A DNA stretch of 64,000 nt. Origin: Proteromonas lacertae (Eukaryota). The DNA is taken from contig NGBS01000588.1 of assembly GCA_002245135.1 (NCBI GenBank), positions 186,001-250,000 on the forward strand, in the 5' to 3' direction. This document shows, one piece after another, positions 25,528-38,624 of this stretch (within the stretch, counting starts at the first letter, position 1; each line of letters begins with the position of its first letter). Below the pieces are notes generated by a model that saw only the letters and a list, made by a program, of their open reading frames with translations, was not told where the DNA came from and ran no database searches. Made by a program: the position numbers and the translations under genes.

Positions 25528-27708
25528 ATGGGATCAGTTCAATCATTTTCCACTCCAGCTGTTTATATTGTACCTAACAGTACTGACAATGATAAAGGCT
25601 ATGTATATATTCTATTAATACAGTAAAGGGACCAATTTATCGTCATCATGATTGCACAGATCATATAATACCAAACTATTGGGATAACTGCTTCACATTA
25701 TATGATTTAATAATGTATATAATATTTTTTAATGATCTAGGCATGGCGTTACAAAATTTCCCACAGAAAATTGTTTAGGGTATAGAAAACTATCAGAAAA
25801 TGTATTAGAGAAGAAATTTACATGGATAACGTATATATATTTCATTAATATCGAATAATTTATAGATATACTGAATTTGGTGAGTCAATCAAAGAAATGG
25901 GAAGTGGATTAAAATACTACAACCTAATACGTCCAATTCAATATGATGAACCTAAAAGATCAGATGGTAAAAACCTACATTGTATTGGAATCTACAGTAG
26001 AAATCGTTATGAGTGGTTGGTATCTCAATATGGTATTTATTATGACAATGGAACAGTCGTACCGTTATACGATACATTAGGTCGTGAATCAGTTTTGCAT
26101 ATTATCAAAGAAGTTGGTTTAAAGGTAATAATTTGTGGTATAACTGAGTGTAAAAAGTTAATTACTATATTAGAAGATTATGAAAACAAAATAAACGAAA
26201 ATGAGAAAATGATTGAAGAATTGATCTTATTGGATGAATATGATGAAGATATCCAATCAAAATGTTCAAAACTATCAATTAAACTATTACACTACAATGA
26301 CATCTTAAAAGAAGGAAAATCTCATTTAATTGAGCCAGAAAAGCCAAAAGCGGATGATATAGCTATGATAATGTATACATCAGGTTCAACAGGCTTACCA
26401 AAAGGCGTATTATTATCACATATGAATATAAGTAGTGTAAGTCAAAGTGCCTGTTGGCATCATAAGGAAGTAGTTGGAAATCCAAGTATTTATTATTTAT
26501 CATATTTACCATTACCACATGCTTTTGAACAATTCTTAATTGCATGTTTCCTAAGTGGTGGAAGCCATATTGGTTTCTACAGTGGCGATAAGAACTTAGT
26601 GATGGAAGATGTCAGTATTCTACATCCTACAATATTTGTGTCAGTTCCAAGGATATTCTGCAGAATGAAAGATACAATTGAAAAGATTATTAGAAAACAA
26701 GGGAAAATAGTGAATTGTATATTTGAGAATGGATTAAAAGTTAAAATGAATAGTTTAAAAGATGGTTATATAAAAAATAAACTCTATGATTCTATAATAT
26801 TTGATACAATAAAGAGGAAAATGGGATTTGATCGTATTAAGCTAATAATGAGTGGTAGTGCTCCATTAAGTAGTGATATAATTGAATTCTTAAGATGCGT
26901 ATTAAGTTGTCCTGTTTTTGAAGGTTATGGCATGACTGAAAGTAGTGGTGGTTTATGTGTAGCTCAACTAGAAGATTATAATACTCTAAACCACTGTGGA
27001 GGTCCAATTAAAGCAAGTGAAGTAAGATTAATGTCTATTAAAGATAAAGGGTATTTAATTAGTGATAGAATTCATGAATCTAATAACAACACTGTCAGAA
27101 TAGAATGTAATGGAAGAGGTGAAATATGTTTTCGTGGATATAATAGAAGTGTTGGTTATTTCCATAACAAGGAATTAACTTATGATACAATAGATGAAGA
27201 TGGATGGTTTCATACAGGTGATGTTGGTTTATGGGATAAAGAAGGAAAGTTACATATAATTGATAGAATTAAGAATATAATAAAGTTAAGTCAAGGTGAA
27301 TATATAGCTGTAGAAAAGTTAGAAAATATTTATCAGAATTGTAAATATGTAGATCAAATATTTGTGTATGGTGATAGTTTTAAGAATTCTATTGTTGCTG
27401 TTATTGTTCCTGATAGAAGTAGTTTAAAGAAATTGAGTGAAAAATTGAATTTAAATAATTGTACAATAGAAGAATTATGTGATAATAATCAGATAAAAGA
27501 AGAAATAATGAAAGAATTGTATGAAATATGGAAATTAAAGAAATTGAATGGAATTGAAAGGATAAGTGGTATTTTGTTAGAGAGTGAACCATTTACAGTT
27601 GAACAGAAATTCATGACTCCAACTATGAAATTACAACGAAATAATTTATATACTCATTATGAACCTAAAATTAGTCACTTATATAAGAGTCTTCCAAAAC
27701 GACAGTGA
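25528..27708 (+). CDS. Long-chain fatty acyl-CoA synthetase (ACSL/LACS type)
   Basis: YTSGSTGLPKG, YLSYLPLPH, EGYGMTE, GWFHTGDVG and IIDRIKNIIKLSQGEYIA. Three 5' introns; MGSVQS start. Confidence 0.93.
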
Positions 27709-27827
27709 TAAATTTATATATTTTCTCTTATAATTATTATTAGTTTTGTTAAATGTGTATGTGTTTATTTTTTTAATTGAAAATTTCTGTAATATTGTAT
27801 TTTCTATTAGCTAACTGATATATGATG

Positions 27828-30353
27828 AGAAAATTAGAAATGAAATTTGTGACATTGACATCGTCAATTGAAGGTCATAAATTCAATCTCAAAAATGAAA
27901 GTATTTGATTGTAATATCAGTGAATACGGGTATAATTTGTATTGAATGTAATGAAATTAGACTTGGCAGATTATATGCCCGAAATGGTTTAAGTGATTTA
28001 AGAGTTTTAGTTGGAAATGAAGAGATAATGAGTTCAAAGGCTATTTTTATGATGAGCAACCCGAAATTGAAAGAACTGATTGAAAGAAGTGAAAATGGTA
28101 ATAGTTTAAAGTTGTGTGAAGAGTGTAAGAAAGAATCATTTTTTGAGTTAGAAAAGTATTACAGTGGTGGGTGTATGAATATAGAAATGAATAATGTATG
28201 TGAAATATTAAGTATGTGTATTTGCTATGAAGAATATAAAATAATTGAATATTGTTTGAGATTTATAAAAAGTCATTCAAATGAAGATATAATAAATAAA
28301 TTAATGAAGATATATAATCGATATTTGAATATTAGTGAAGAAATAACAAATGAGATGAGAATAATAAGTAGTGATTATATAAAGAAAAATGGATACAAAC
28401 TATTGAAAGAAGAATATTTGAATGAAATGGAAATGAAAGATTTAAAAATGATATTGAAAGATATAAAATATATAAAGAATGATGAGAATAGTTTATTGAA
28501 AATGTTGTATAAGAAATATGAAAAAGAAATGAATGTAAAAATATGAGAAATGATGAAAGAAAAGAAATAGATAATGAATATATTGATTTAATATGTAAGT
28601 CAATCAATTTTGAAAATATAGAAATGAGATTATTAGAATATAAAGAAAAAGAATTTGTGAATAATAAAGTGAATTTATCAAGATGGTATTATGTAAATAA
28701 AGAAAAAGAATATAATAATCACATATTCATAAATTTAGAAAGAATAAAAGAAAAAGAAATAGAAGAAATAATAATGAAATATTATATAGAAGAAGAAAGA
28801 ATATTAATCGAAGAAAGTGATATTGAAATATTGAAATATTGAATAAGAATAAGAATAAGATAAAAGAAATAATCCAAATATTAATGACTGAAGAAGATAT
28901 AAAAATGAAAGAGATTGGAATGATGATAATAATTGATGATGAAAAGATGAATAATAATGTGAATGATATAATGAATAAAGATGAAGAATGCAATATAATA
29001 ATGTTATTATTAAATGAACATAAAAATAATGAAAATGAAAGAATATATAAATGTTTTAGTTTATTTGTGAATGATGAAGACATTTTAAATACTCTGAAAT
29101 ATTTATGTGGAATAGAGATATTATTTCATATATTGAATTATAGTTGTTATTTATCAAATGAATCAAAAGAATTAATAATGACTTTTATAAAAGATGAAAG
29201 ATTATTAGAAAGTGATTATGAAAGCATGAGAGATATAATAAAAGATAAAGAAATTTTATCAGAATTTATAACTGAAATCTCTTATTTCTATTATCCATCT
29301 TCAAAAGTGAAATTATGTGGTTGTTTTTCAATCAAACCAAATCATGATGGATTAAAATGTAAATTTTCAATCAAACCTGAATTACCAAAAGAAATAACTT
29401 TGAATGAAGAAACAGGTGAAATTATTGGTAAAATGGATAAAGAAATGGATGATATAGAATATACAATAAAATGTGAAAATATTCTTAATAAAATGGAAAA
29501 TAAACTTTCATTTATTTATGAAGAAGTTGTATTTTCAGAAGAATATAAGAATGAGAATGTTTCAATTAGTAATAATGGAAAGACAATAACAAATAATTCT
29601 GATAAACCATTTTTATATCATTGTTTCATAAATCTGAAAATGGAAAATGGAGTTTATCACATCAAATATAAAATCATGAGAAATAAATCACCCATGATTC
29701 AATTAAACTATGTTGTATTCTACCAATAATATGTGGAGGTGGTTATAGTGATTATGAAAAATAATATATGTGGTTATAATGCATATAAAGGTAAAAGTCA
29801 AGATATTACGATATACTGTCATATTGGAAGAGTTGTTAATAAAAATCCAAATTTCAATAATCATCGAGATGGTTCAATTTATGAAGTGATAGTTGATATG
29901 AATAAAAGAGAATTTTGGATAAGTCATAATAATTCATCTCCTGTTTTACTTGTTGATGATTTACCTTCTCCATTATATCCATTATGTAAACCAACTCCAT
30001 ATGGTTGTTCAATAGAATTATTATCTGTTTCTCATTTTGAATAATTATTGATATAATTATCATCTATAAATTCATTATTAATCTTGATTATTTCTTTTAT
30101 CTACTTATTCAACTACACAATTATATTTATATTATAAAAGTATTAAATATTGAATATTGATGGTTTATAAAAAATATGAGTGTTGTTATCGAAATATATG
30201 TAGTTGTGAAGATGAGTTTGACATAATATATAGAATACTTTAATCTTTTACTAGTGTTATATTGTTAAAACTTCATTTTATGTCATTCTCTCATTCTTAT
30301 TTTCTAAATTCGTTATTAACATAGATTGCATTTACATAATAATAATCTATTAT
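27828..30353 (+). repeat. ~2.5-kb direct segmental duplication, copy B
   Basis: Near-identical to 19169-21687 except for indels and one divergent patch. Confidence 0.95.
27895..30044 (+). pseudogene. BTB-Ig-SPRY copy 3, frameshifted
   Basis: Relative to copy 2: 1-nt deletion near 28537, 8-nt duplication near 28825-28840, and a scrambled patch at 29673-29780. Confidence 0.75.
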
Positions 30354-30749
30354 TATATTCACCTTTTATTAGTATTTACATATTAGAAAAAGCACAATAT
30401 GGAGTGATTAATAAAAAATGTTAATTATATAATTTAAATGTTATAAATACTATATCATATTAAAAAACACAAAACAAATAATTATATGTCACAAAACAGT
30501 CTAATGATTGGATATGTTTTGGATTTGATAAACAGAAATTGGTAGAAACTATTTCAAGCATTAAATGAATAGGAATTGAAATTATATTCATATTTTGACA
30601 ATTTATGTTTTCTGACGGTAATTGTTAGGTAAATTTGACTTGAATATTTTAAAAAAAGCTATTTCTCGTAAAAGAGATTCATTGATTTTTTTATAGTATA
30701 ATTTAGGATTACTGATTTATATATACCTTATTAGAACCAATAAAATCTA

Positions 30750-33700
30750 ATGGATAGAATAAATGTATAGTTGCTATTTTCATTTGTAGGTATTTTGTAG
30801 ATTTCGTCCATTAAACAGCAAAGAAAAACCGCCAATGTGTGTTACATTCCAGAATGAAGTATATTTCCTGTTTTATAGATTTAATTTAGAACACACTAAT
30901 AATGACTTGTCAAAAAACCCAGAAAGTAACAAAATTTGATTTTGATCATGTTTTCTCCAACCAAACTACTCAAGATGAAATGTATTAAAATAATAGTAGT
31001 TTATCAAACAATAGATTCAATATAATCGCTGAACCAATCTTAAGTGGAGCATTTGAAGGCTTTAACGGCACAATATTCGCATATGGTCAAACATCATCAG
31101 GTAAAACCTGGACAATGGAAGGTATACCCAAACCTTCTAACCAAAGAGGTATAATTCCACGTTCAATTGATTGGATCTTCGAAAAAATCGGTGCTTCCAA
31201 CGATCTAGAACAATATGATTTAAGAATATCTATGTTAGAAATATACAATGAAGAAGTAAGAGATTTGTTAATAGAAAAATCACAAAATTTGAACATCAGA
31301 GGTACTCCAGCAACAGGATTCTATGTAGCGAATCTAACTACAATCAGTGTGAACAGTCCTCAAGAAATGAAAGAATCTTTTAGTATAGGTACAAAGAATA
31401 GATCAACAGGTGCAACTAACATGAACGAACATTCATCCCGTTCTCACAGTGTATTTATAATAGAAATGAAAAGAAAATTAGCTGATGGTAAACAATTATC
31501 TTCAAAGGTATATTTAGTTGATTTAGCTGGTAGTGAAAATGCTGGTAGAACTGGTGCTGAAGGTGGAAGATTACAAGAAGGTGCAAATATTAACAAATCA
31601 TTATCAACATTAGGAAGTGTTATTAGATGTTTAACACAAGAAAAAGGTCAGTTACCTCCGTTTCGTGATTCTAAGTTGACTATGATATTACACAATGCAA
31701 TTGGTGGAAACAGTAAAACTGCATTAATCTTGAATTGTTCACCTGCTCAGATTAATATTGAAGATACATTATCTACACTTAGATTTGGACAGTTAGCTAA
31801 GAAAATTAAGAATAAGGTTACTGCTAATGTGGAAGCATCTTCATCAGAATTATTGAAACAATTGAACAGTGCATTAGCTCAAATACAATCATTGAAAGCA
31901 CAATTAGATGCTAAAGGAAAGATAGCAAAAGGAGGAAACATTGTATCAACTGATAATAATGAATATCAACAATTAGTTGCAGAAAAAGCTAATCTTTTAA
32001 CTGATGTCAATACACTGAAAGCTCAAGTAGATGAATTAACAATTAGTTTAAATGAAGAAAGAGAACAAGCAACAAAAAGAGAAGAGATTATGCATAATAA
32101 AGATAATATTATTGCAGATTTAAAGAAGGCAATAGCAGAGAAAGATGCAACTATAGCAACAATGAAACAGACTCATTCTATGGAGATTGAGAAGATGAAT
32201 GCAGATACATCAGCACAAATTGAATTATTAAATAAAACAAACAGTGAACAAATTCAAGCATTGCAGAAGGAGTTGGATGATTTGAAACAGAAATCTTTTA
32301 ATGATAATACTCAACATAATGAGCAGGTAATGAAGTATCAGAATCAAATACAAGAATTACAACAAAAGATTAGTAGTTTAGAACAAGAGAAGATATTTAT
32401 ACAAACTGATTTACAAGGTAAAATTATCAATATTCAAGGACAATTAGATGCTTCAGAATCATACAATAAACGATTGGAAGAAGTACAATCTAACTTGAGA
32501 TATCAAGTACAAGAATCAAAGACAACAATTGATTTGTTAAATAGGAAATTAGACTCAATGAATGATTTGAAAGCAATGTTATTGAATCAAGTAACTGGTC
32601 CAAGAGTTGCTGGTGCTACAGGTAGTGGTGCTGCTGATCAAAGTCAAATGACACCAGCAATAAGAGCAGCAATGGAAGAAACAATGAAGAAGAATATGGA
32701 TGAAATGACAAAGAAATTATATGATCAACACATGGCTGAGATAAACTCATTAAAAGAACAAATACAAAAGATCAATGAAGAGAAACAATATATTCAAACT
32801 GATTTAAGCTGGACAATTGACTAATGTACAAAACCAATTGAAAGCTTCTCAAGATTATGTTAGAAAGTTGAATGATATGCAGAATGAGATATTATCAAGA
32901 GAAAAAGACTATCAAAATACAATTCATATGTTGAATAATAAGTTATTGGCAATGACTGATATTGAAGCTGTTATTACAAGCCAAGCTGCCAATCCTGAAC
33001 ATAATACATTTGATAAGAAACTTCCAGAAAATGCGAATGTAATTATTGAAGATATAGTATTGAAGAATATAGATCCAATTACCAAGCAAAGGCTTGATAC
33101 TCAGAAGCAAGAAATCATCCAATTGAAAGATGATTTAGAGAAATTAACCAATAGTAATATGGAAAAGATATCAGATTTGAATGGTCAAGTTCAATCATTA
33201 CAAAGCCAATTAACAGTATCTCAAGATTATGTGAATAAACTAACAACATCACAAAATGAATTAAACCAACATATACAAGAATATCAAAGAGAAATTTCAG
33301 AATTAAAAGGAAAATTAGAAACAATGAAACAAGTTGAAAGTATTATAAAGAATCAAGCAGCTGATGGTAGTGTTAGTGCAGGTGGTGGTGTTGGTGTATC
33401 TTCAGCAGTCCAAGAGTTAATGGAAGAAGCAATAAAGAAGAATATGGATGAAATTAGTGCTAAACGAAGTGAGGAACAATTACAAGAAATAAACAATTTG
33501 AATTCAAAGTTAAGTAACTTGGAGCAAGAGAATCAATCATTAAGAGTGAATTTAGAATCGAAGATACAAAACTTAAATAACCAATTAGAAGAGAGACAAG
33601 AAAGATTAAAGGATATGACGAATAAACAAAGTGAATTGAATAATAAGATAAAAGAATATGAAGATACAATACAACAATTAAATACAAAATTAGAAGGAAT

Positions 33701-34666
33701 GAACCAATTAGATGCTTTAATTCATAATAATAATGATAATGGTAATAGTAATACTAATGATAGTAGCAATAACACTGTCAATATTCAAAATCCAATTATT
33801 CAAAGATTAATCAACGAAACAGTAAACAAGAATATGGATGAATTAACCACTAAAAAGATTAAAGATTTGGAGTTAGAGATTAATGAATTAAAAGAAAATA
33901 ATAATCGTTTAGAACAAGATAAACAGTATATTCAAACTGATATGCAAGGACAATTATCAAACTTACAGGGACAATTGAATGCAGCACAAGATTATAATAA
34001 GAAAATTACTGTATAAACAATTATTATTATATTATATATTATATTATTATTATTATAGGAAATGAATACTAAACAAGCCGAACATGCTAAAGAACTTCAA
34101 GCCACCATTCAAATGTTAAATGAAAAGTTATCCAATATGAATGAATTAGAATCCATTATTAAACAATCAAATCTTACCTCCTCCTTCTTCAACAATCAGT
34201 GGTAGTAATGATATTAGTAATAAACCACCAGTTAGAGATAGAAGAAACAGTGCATTAGAAGATTCAGAGACAATGAAACGATTAGATGATACTTACAAGA
34301 GATTGAATGAAGAACAAGATAAGAACATGAGATTAGAACATGAGAAACAACAGATTGAGAATAAATTAGCCTCAACTCAGAAGAATCTATTGGCTGTAGG
34401 TGAGATGTATAATACTGTAGTCTCTCAACATGCTGTTGAATATAATAAATTTGTATATTTCATATATATATTTATGTTATAGAAAGAAGAATTAATAGCA
34501 TTCTACAAGAAACAAAATGAACAAATCACTGAATCGAATAAACAATTAATTGAAGAAAGAAATGAATGTGCAAAGAAGAATACTGAATATACAAATGTTA
34601 TAAGTACATTACAGACAAGAATAGATAGCATGACCAAACAATTAGCAACCATAGGAAGTGAAAATA

Positions 34667-34707
<41 letters not shown>

Positions 34708-36328
34708 ATGAAATAGATCAATTAAAGAGTCAATTACAACAAGTACAAACTCAAGTTCAAACTACAAGAGCTAGTGATGAATATAGAACAAAAATGAATA
34801 GAAATGTGATAAGACCAAATCGGACCAACTACTTCTACAACATCCAATTTAATATCACATATTAAAGAGACTGTTGCATTTACATTAAAACATAAAACTG
34901 CTGTTCCACAAGTAAGTAGGTCAGAGTATATTTTATTTATTTATTTTTATATTATAGAAGTGAATTTGTTGAGAATCTAGGTGTTGCTGCAAAGGATATT
35001 TATGATTTGATTGACTTTGTTAACAAATCAAATGAATCAATCAGACAACATATAGAGAATAATATGAATATTGTTACATTGACAGAGAATTTGGGAATAA
35101 GAAATAATGAATTAGAGGAAATATTAAGAAAAATGAATGAAGCAATGAATATTAGTGTTCAATGCGTATATATATATATATAATATTGTTATTATTATGT
35201 TTTATACAGGCAAATCAATGTAATCCAATAATCTCAAGTTTAGCAAATAAAGCTCGTTGTTATGAACAATTGATTGAATTAGGAAAGCAATATTTGAAAC
35301 AGGAAGCTGAATTCAATCACTACAGTCAAAAACTGTCAGAATTAAAGTCAAAGAGTAGTGATCAAAACAAGTTATATAATGTATGTATATTAAATATTAT
35401 TATTGTTTAGAATCAAAATAAATACACAATAGCAAAAGAACAATTTGATAGAATCAGAGTAAGATATGATGATTGGAAAGCATATCATATTCATGCAACA
35501 AGAACAATATTTTTAAATGAATGTTATGATTTATTAGAGAAACAATTGGTATTTGTACAACAGTATTGTGAAATATTGAGAAGTATTAGTAAACCAGCAA
35601 ATATTACATCATTTGAAGATTATATTGTTCCAGTTCCATCTGATAATTATCAAGCAACAGGATATTATCAACAACAACCACCTAATTTTGGATCAACATG
35701 TATATAATATAATATTATATTATAATATTACTATATTATAGTACAAGGAGTTCCACTACCACCATCACTTCAACAACAGCAACAAATTCAGAGTAGAACA
35801 ATGAGATCTGGAACTCCAACTAGACCACCACCACCACCACCCCAACAACAGAAACCAAATGCAGCAACAATGAGATCAGTTACACCTACAAGAACTCCAC
35901 CACCTCCACCACCAATGAGGACTTTAAGACCAACTTCAATGACAATGACTACACCAATTCCACCTCCACCACAATTTATTAATCAACAGAGAACAATGGC
36001 TCCTCCACCACCTCCACCATTGAATAGAACATTACAACCTCAAGCACAACAACAACAGCAACAGATGTATCAGACACAACCACCACAAGTGCAACAACAA
36101 CAAGCTCAACAACCACAAATGTATCAAACTCAACAACCTCAACAACAATCTCAAGGTTTATACACTGTTGTTGCTAACTTTGCATATCAAGGACAACAGA
36201 AATCAGATTTATCATTTAATAAAGGTGATAGAATTGTGATATTTAAGGAAGTCTCCAGTGAATGGTTGTATGGAGGATTAAACGGAAAAGTTGGTATATT
36301 CCCAGCAAATTTTGTGCAAAGAATATAA
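30750..36328 (+). CDS. Kinesin-1-like motor with repeated coiled-coil stalk, BAR-like domain, Pro-rich region and SH3
   Basis: VFCRFRPLN, FAYGQTSSGKT, NEHSSRSH, LVDLAGSE, PFRDSKLT, then SH3 ANFAYQGQQKSDLSFNKGD...WLYG...GIFPANFV. Continuity requires three +1 corrections (near 32809, 34173, 34820). Confidence 0.75.
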
Positions 36329-36660
36329 CTACTATACTTATATTGAGAATTTCATATAGTTTTACATCTCTATGTATGTTAAAATACAAAATAACACAAT
36401 TCATCTTAAATTACTTTCATATTTTCAAAAAATGATATAATGACAATTTTCATCAAAAATATAAGAGAATTTCTTAATAAATAAAGAAAATGTCGATTAT
36501 CTAGGATTAAAAATAGCAATAAAATCAAATTCATAATAAGTTAATTCCAATCCCTTAAATCATTAATAACACTGTTATAAGAATCTATTTCCATCACATA
36601 ACAAGAGAAAAAGAAAAACGATTTTTATCAAGCTTTTGATTTGATAGTTTTGTTTTTGAA

Positions 36661-38526
36661 ATGAATGAAGAGCATCCTGTGGATTCTGATGCTAATTTAT
36701 CTATGCCTAGATACGAAGAAGTAAGGGAACAGATATTGAATCACTCATATCATGATTTACAACAATCTGATTTATCTGCTGAATTAGGTGTTGAGGTATT
36801 TGATTGATATTTCTATTCTGTTAGATACATGATGAAAACACATATCATATACAAGAGGATGGTATATCTAACGAGATTGATACTTTTATAAAGCACTTGG
36901 TATTACTGAATTTCAATCATGATAAAATATTGGATGCAATATCATGTTTTGAGGAATTTAGAGAAAATCCTCCTCTAGACAATTTATTCTTTCTACACAT
37001 TTTCCTCTTCAAATTATCAACATTACAACAACAAAATCAAGATTTTGATACTCCATTAGATAAAAATATATACACACCAATTAATTTATTACCAGATACA
37101 CAGTTTCCTTGGCCAATCTCTGAAATGGCACAATTTGAGTTTAATAATAGTGATCATTTAATTACATTGGATAGAGTAATCGTAATAATTGGTCTTCCCA
37201 AAACAAATGATGTGAAATTACTGCAAGTTGCTCATGAATTGTTATATGCATTTCTCTTTACTGAATTAGCATATGTACTATCTGTTAATATTCCATGTAA
37301 AGAAGATGGAGTATCAACAGGATGTGCATTTATAGAGTTTGGCTCTTTTTTAGAAATTTCTATAATTTGTAAGGCGATTGAAGGATTTAAGTTTGGTGAT
37401 GGTGTTTTACATTGTCGACCATTTAGTGATTTGAGTAGTGGATCAGATTTGATGAATGAAGACGAATTAATTCGATTGAGAAGAGAAAGTATAGGAGAAG
37501 AGGAAGGAGAAGAAATTGATTTGGATTTATCTGATAATAATAATTTACTAAATACGCATATATCTCCATCTCCAATAAATACACCAAATACAGATATTCT
37601 AATACAGCAAATAGGTGTATTACCTGATATAAATAATAATAATATTAATACATCATCTATAACATCATCAATGGTAGATGCAATGGTTAATCCACCTCCA
37701 CCCAGTTCAAATGGTGAAAATGATGGTAATACTTCAAATACTTCTGTTACATTAGAAAGTCTAACAAATGAAGTTCAGAAATTACAAATAATGAATCAAT
37801 CAATATCTATCAAGCTTGATACAATCACTAATAGATATTCAGAGTTAGAAAATAACAATAGAATAATCTGTCAAAGAAATAAGCATTTGACTGATAAAAA
37901 TCAAACATTAATCGAATCTATTGACCATCTAAAACATACACTAAGGTTAATAACAGCTTCAAGAGATCAAATGTCAAGTAGATATGGTGAGTTAAGCAGA
38001 GATTTAGATAGTGCAAGATCTGCTCTATTGAGAAGTAGTAGACTGGTGGATAGTAAAGAGAATGAATTATTGAACTTGAAAGCAACAAATGAGAAATTAA
38101 GGGAAGAAATTGCCGATTTGACTAGACCAAATAGGAATAGAGAGTATATTTTATTATTTCTACTTGTATATATTTATATATTGTTTTAGACTTGAAGAAA
38201 GTGTAGAAACAATGAGAAAATTGACATTAGACAATTTAAAGGTAATGAGTGTAAAAGATTTGTCTAGTTTTAGTGATGTGTTAGAAGAATTCGTATTGAA
38301 TCTGAGAAAAGCAAAGGATTTCGCTGTTGAAAGAGAAAAGTCAGAAACTCAGTCTAAATTGGATGAAATTGTATGTGTTATTTGCCAGAAGAATAATAAA
38401 AATGTTTTATTACTTCCATGTAAGCATTTTTGCATTTGTGAAGAATGTTCTAATAATGAAGAGTTTAATAATAAATGTCCTATATGTAGAAGTCCAATAA
38501 TTGATAAAATGATAATTTATTCATAA
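36661..38526 (+). CDS. RRM-like + coiled-coil + C-terminal C3HC4 RING (putative E3 ligase)
   Basis: VIVIIGLPK...STGCAFIEF RNP-like motifs and CVICQKNNKNVLLLPCKHFCICEEC...CPICR. Two introns. Confidence 0.8.
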
Positions 38527-38624
38527 AATATTTAATTATTTTAGTTTTTTCATTTTGTTCCAATTAATTAATGAAATTATACTCGTTTTTATTCGTTTTT
38601 ATATTTTTAAATTCAAAAATTAAA

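Noticed and set aside
32800..32830. Euplotes-type +1 frameshifting at AAA-stop
   Set aside because: Repeat homology places the shift several codons before the stop. Only 17123-17128 has AAA-TAG, and one missing A explains it.
34667..34704. (TA)n and (ATT)n arrays as CRISPR or functional repeats
   Set aside because: Simple intronic microsatellites with no spacers.
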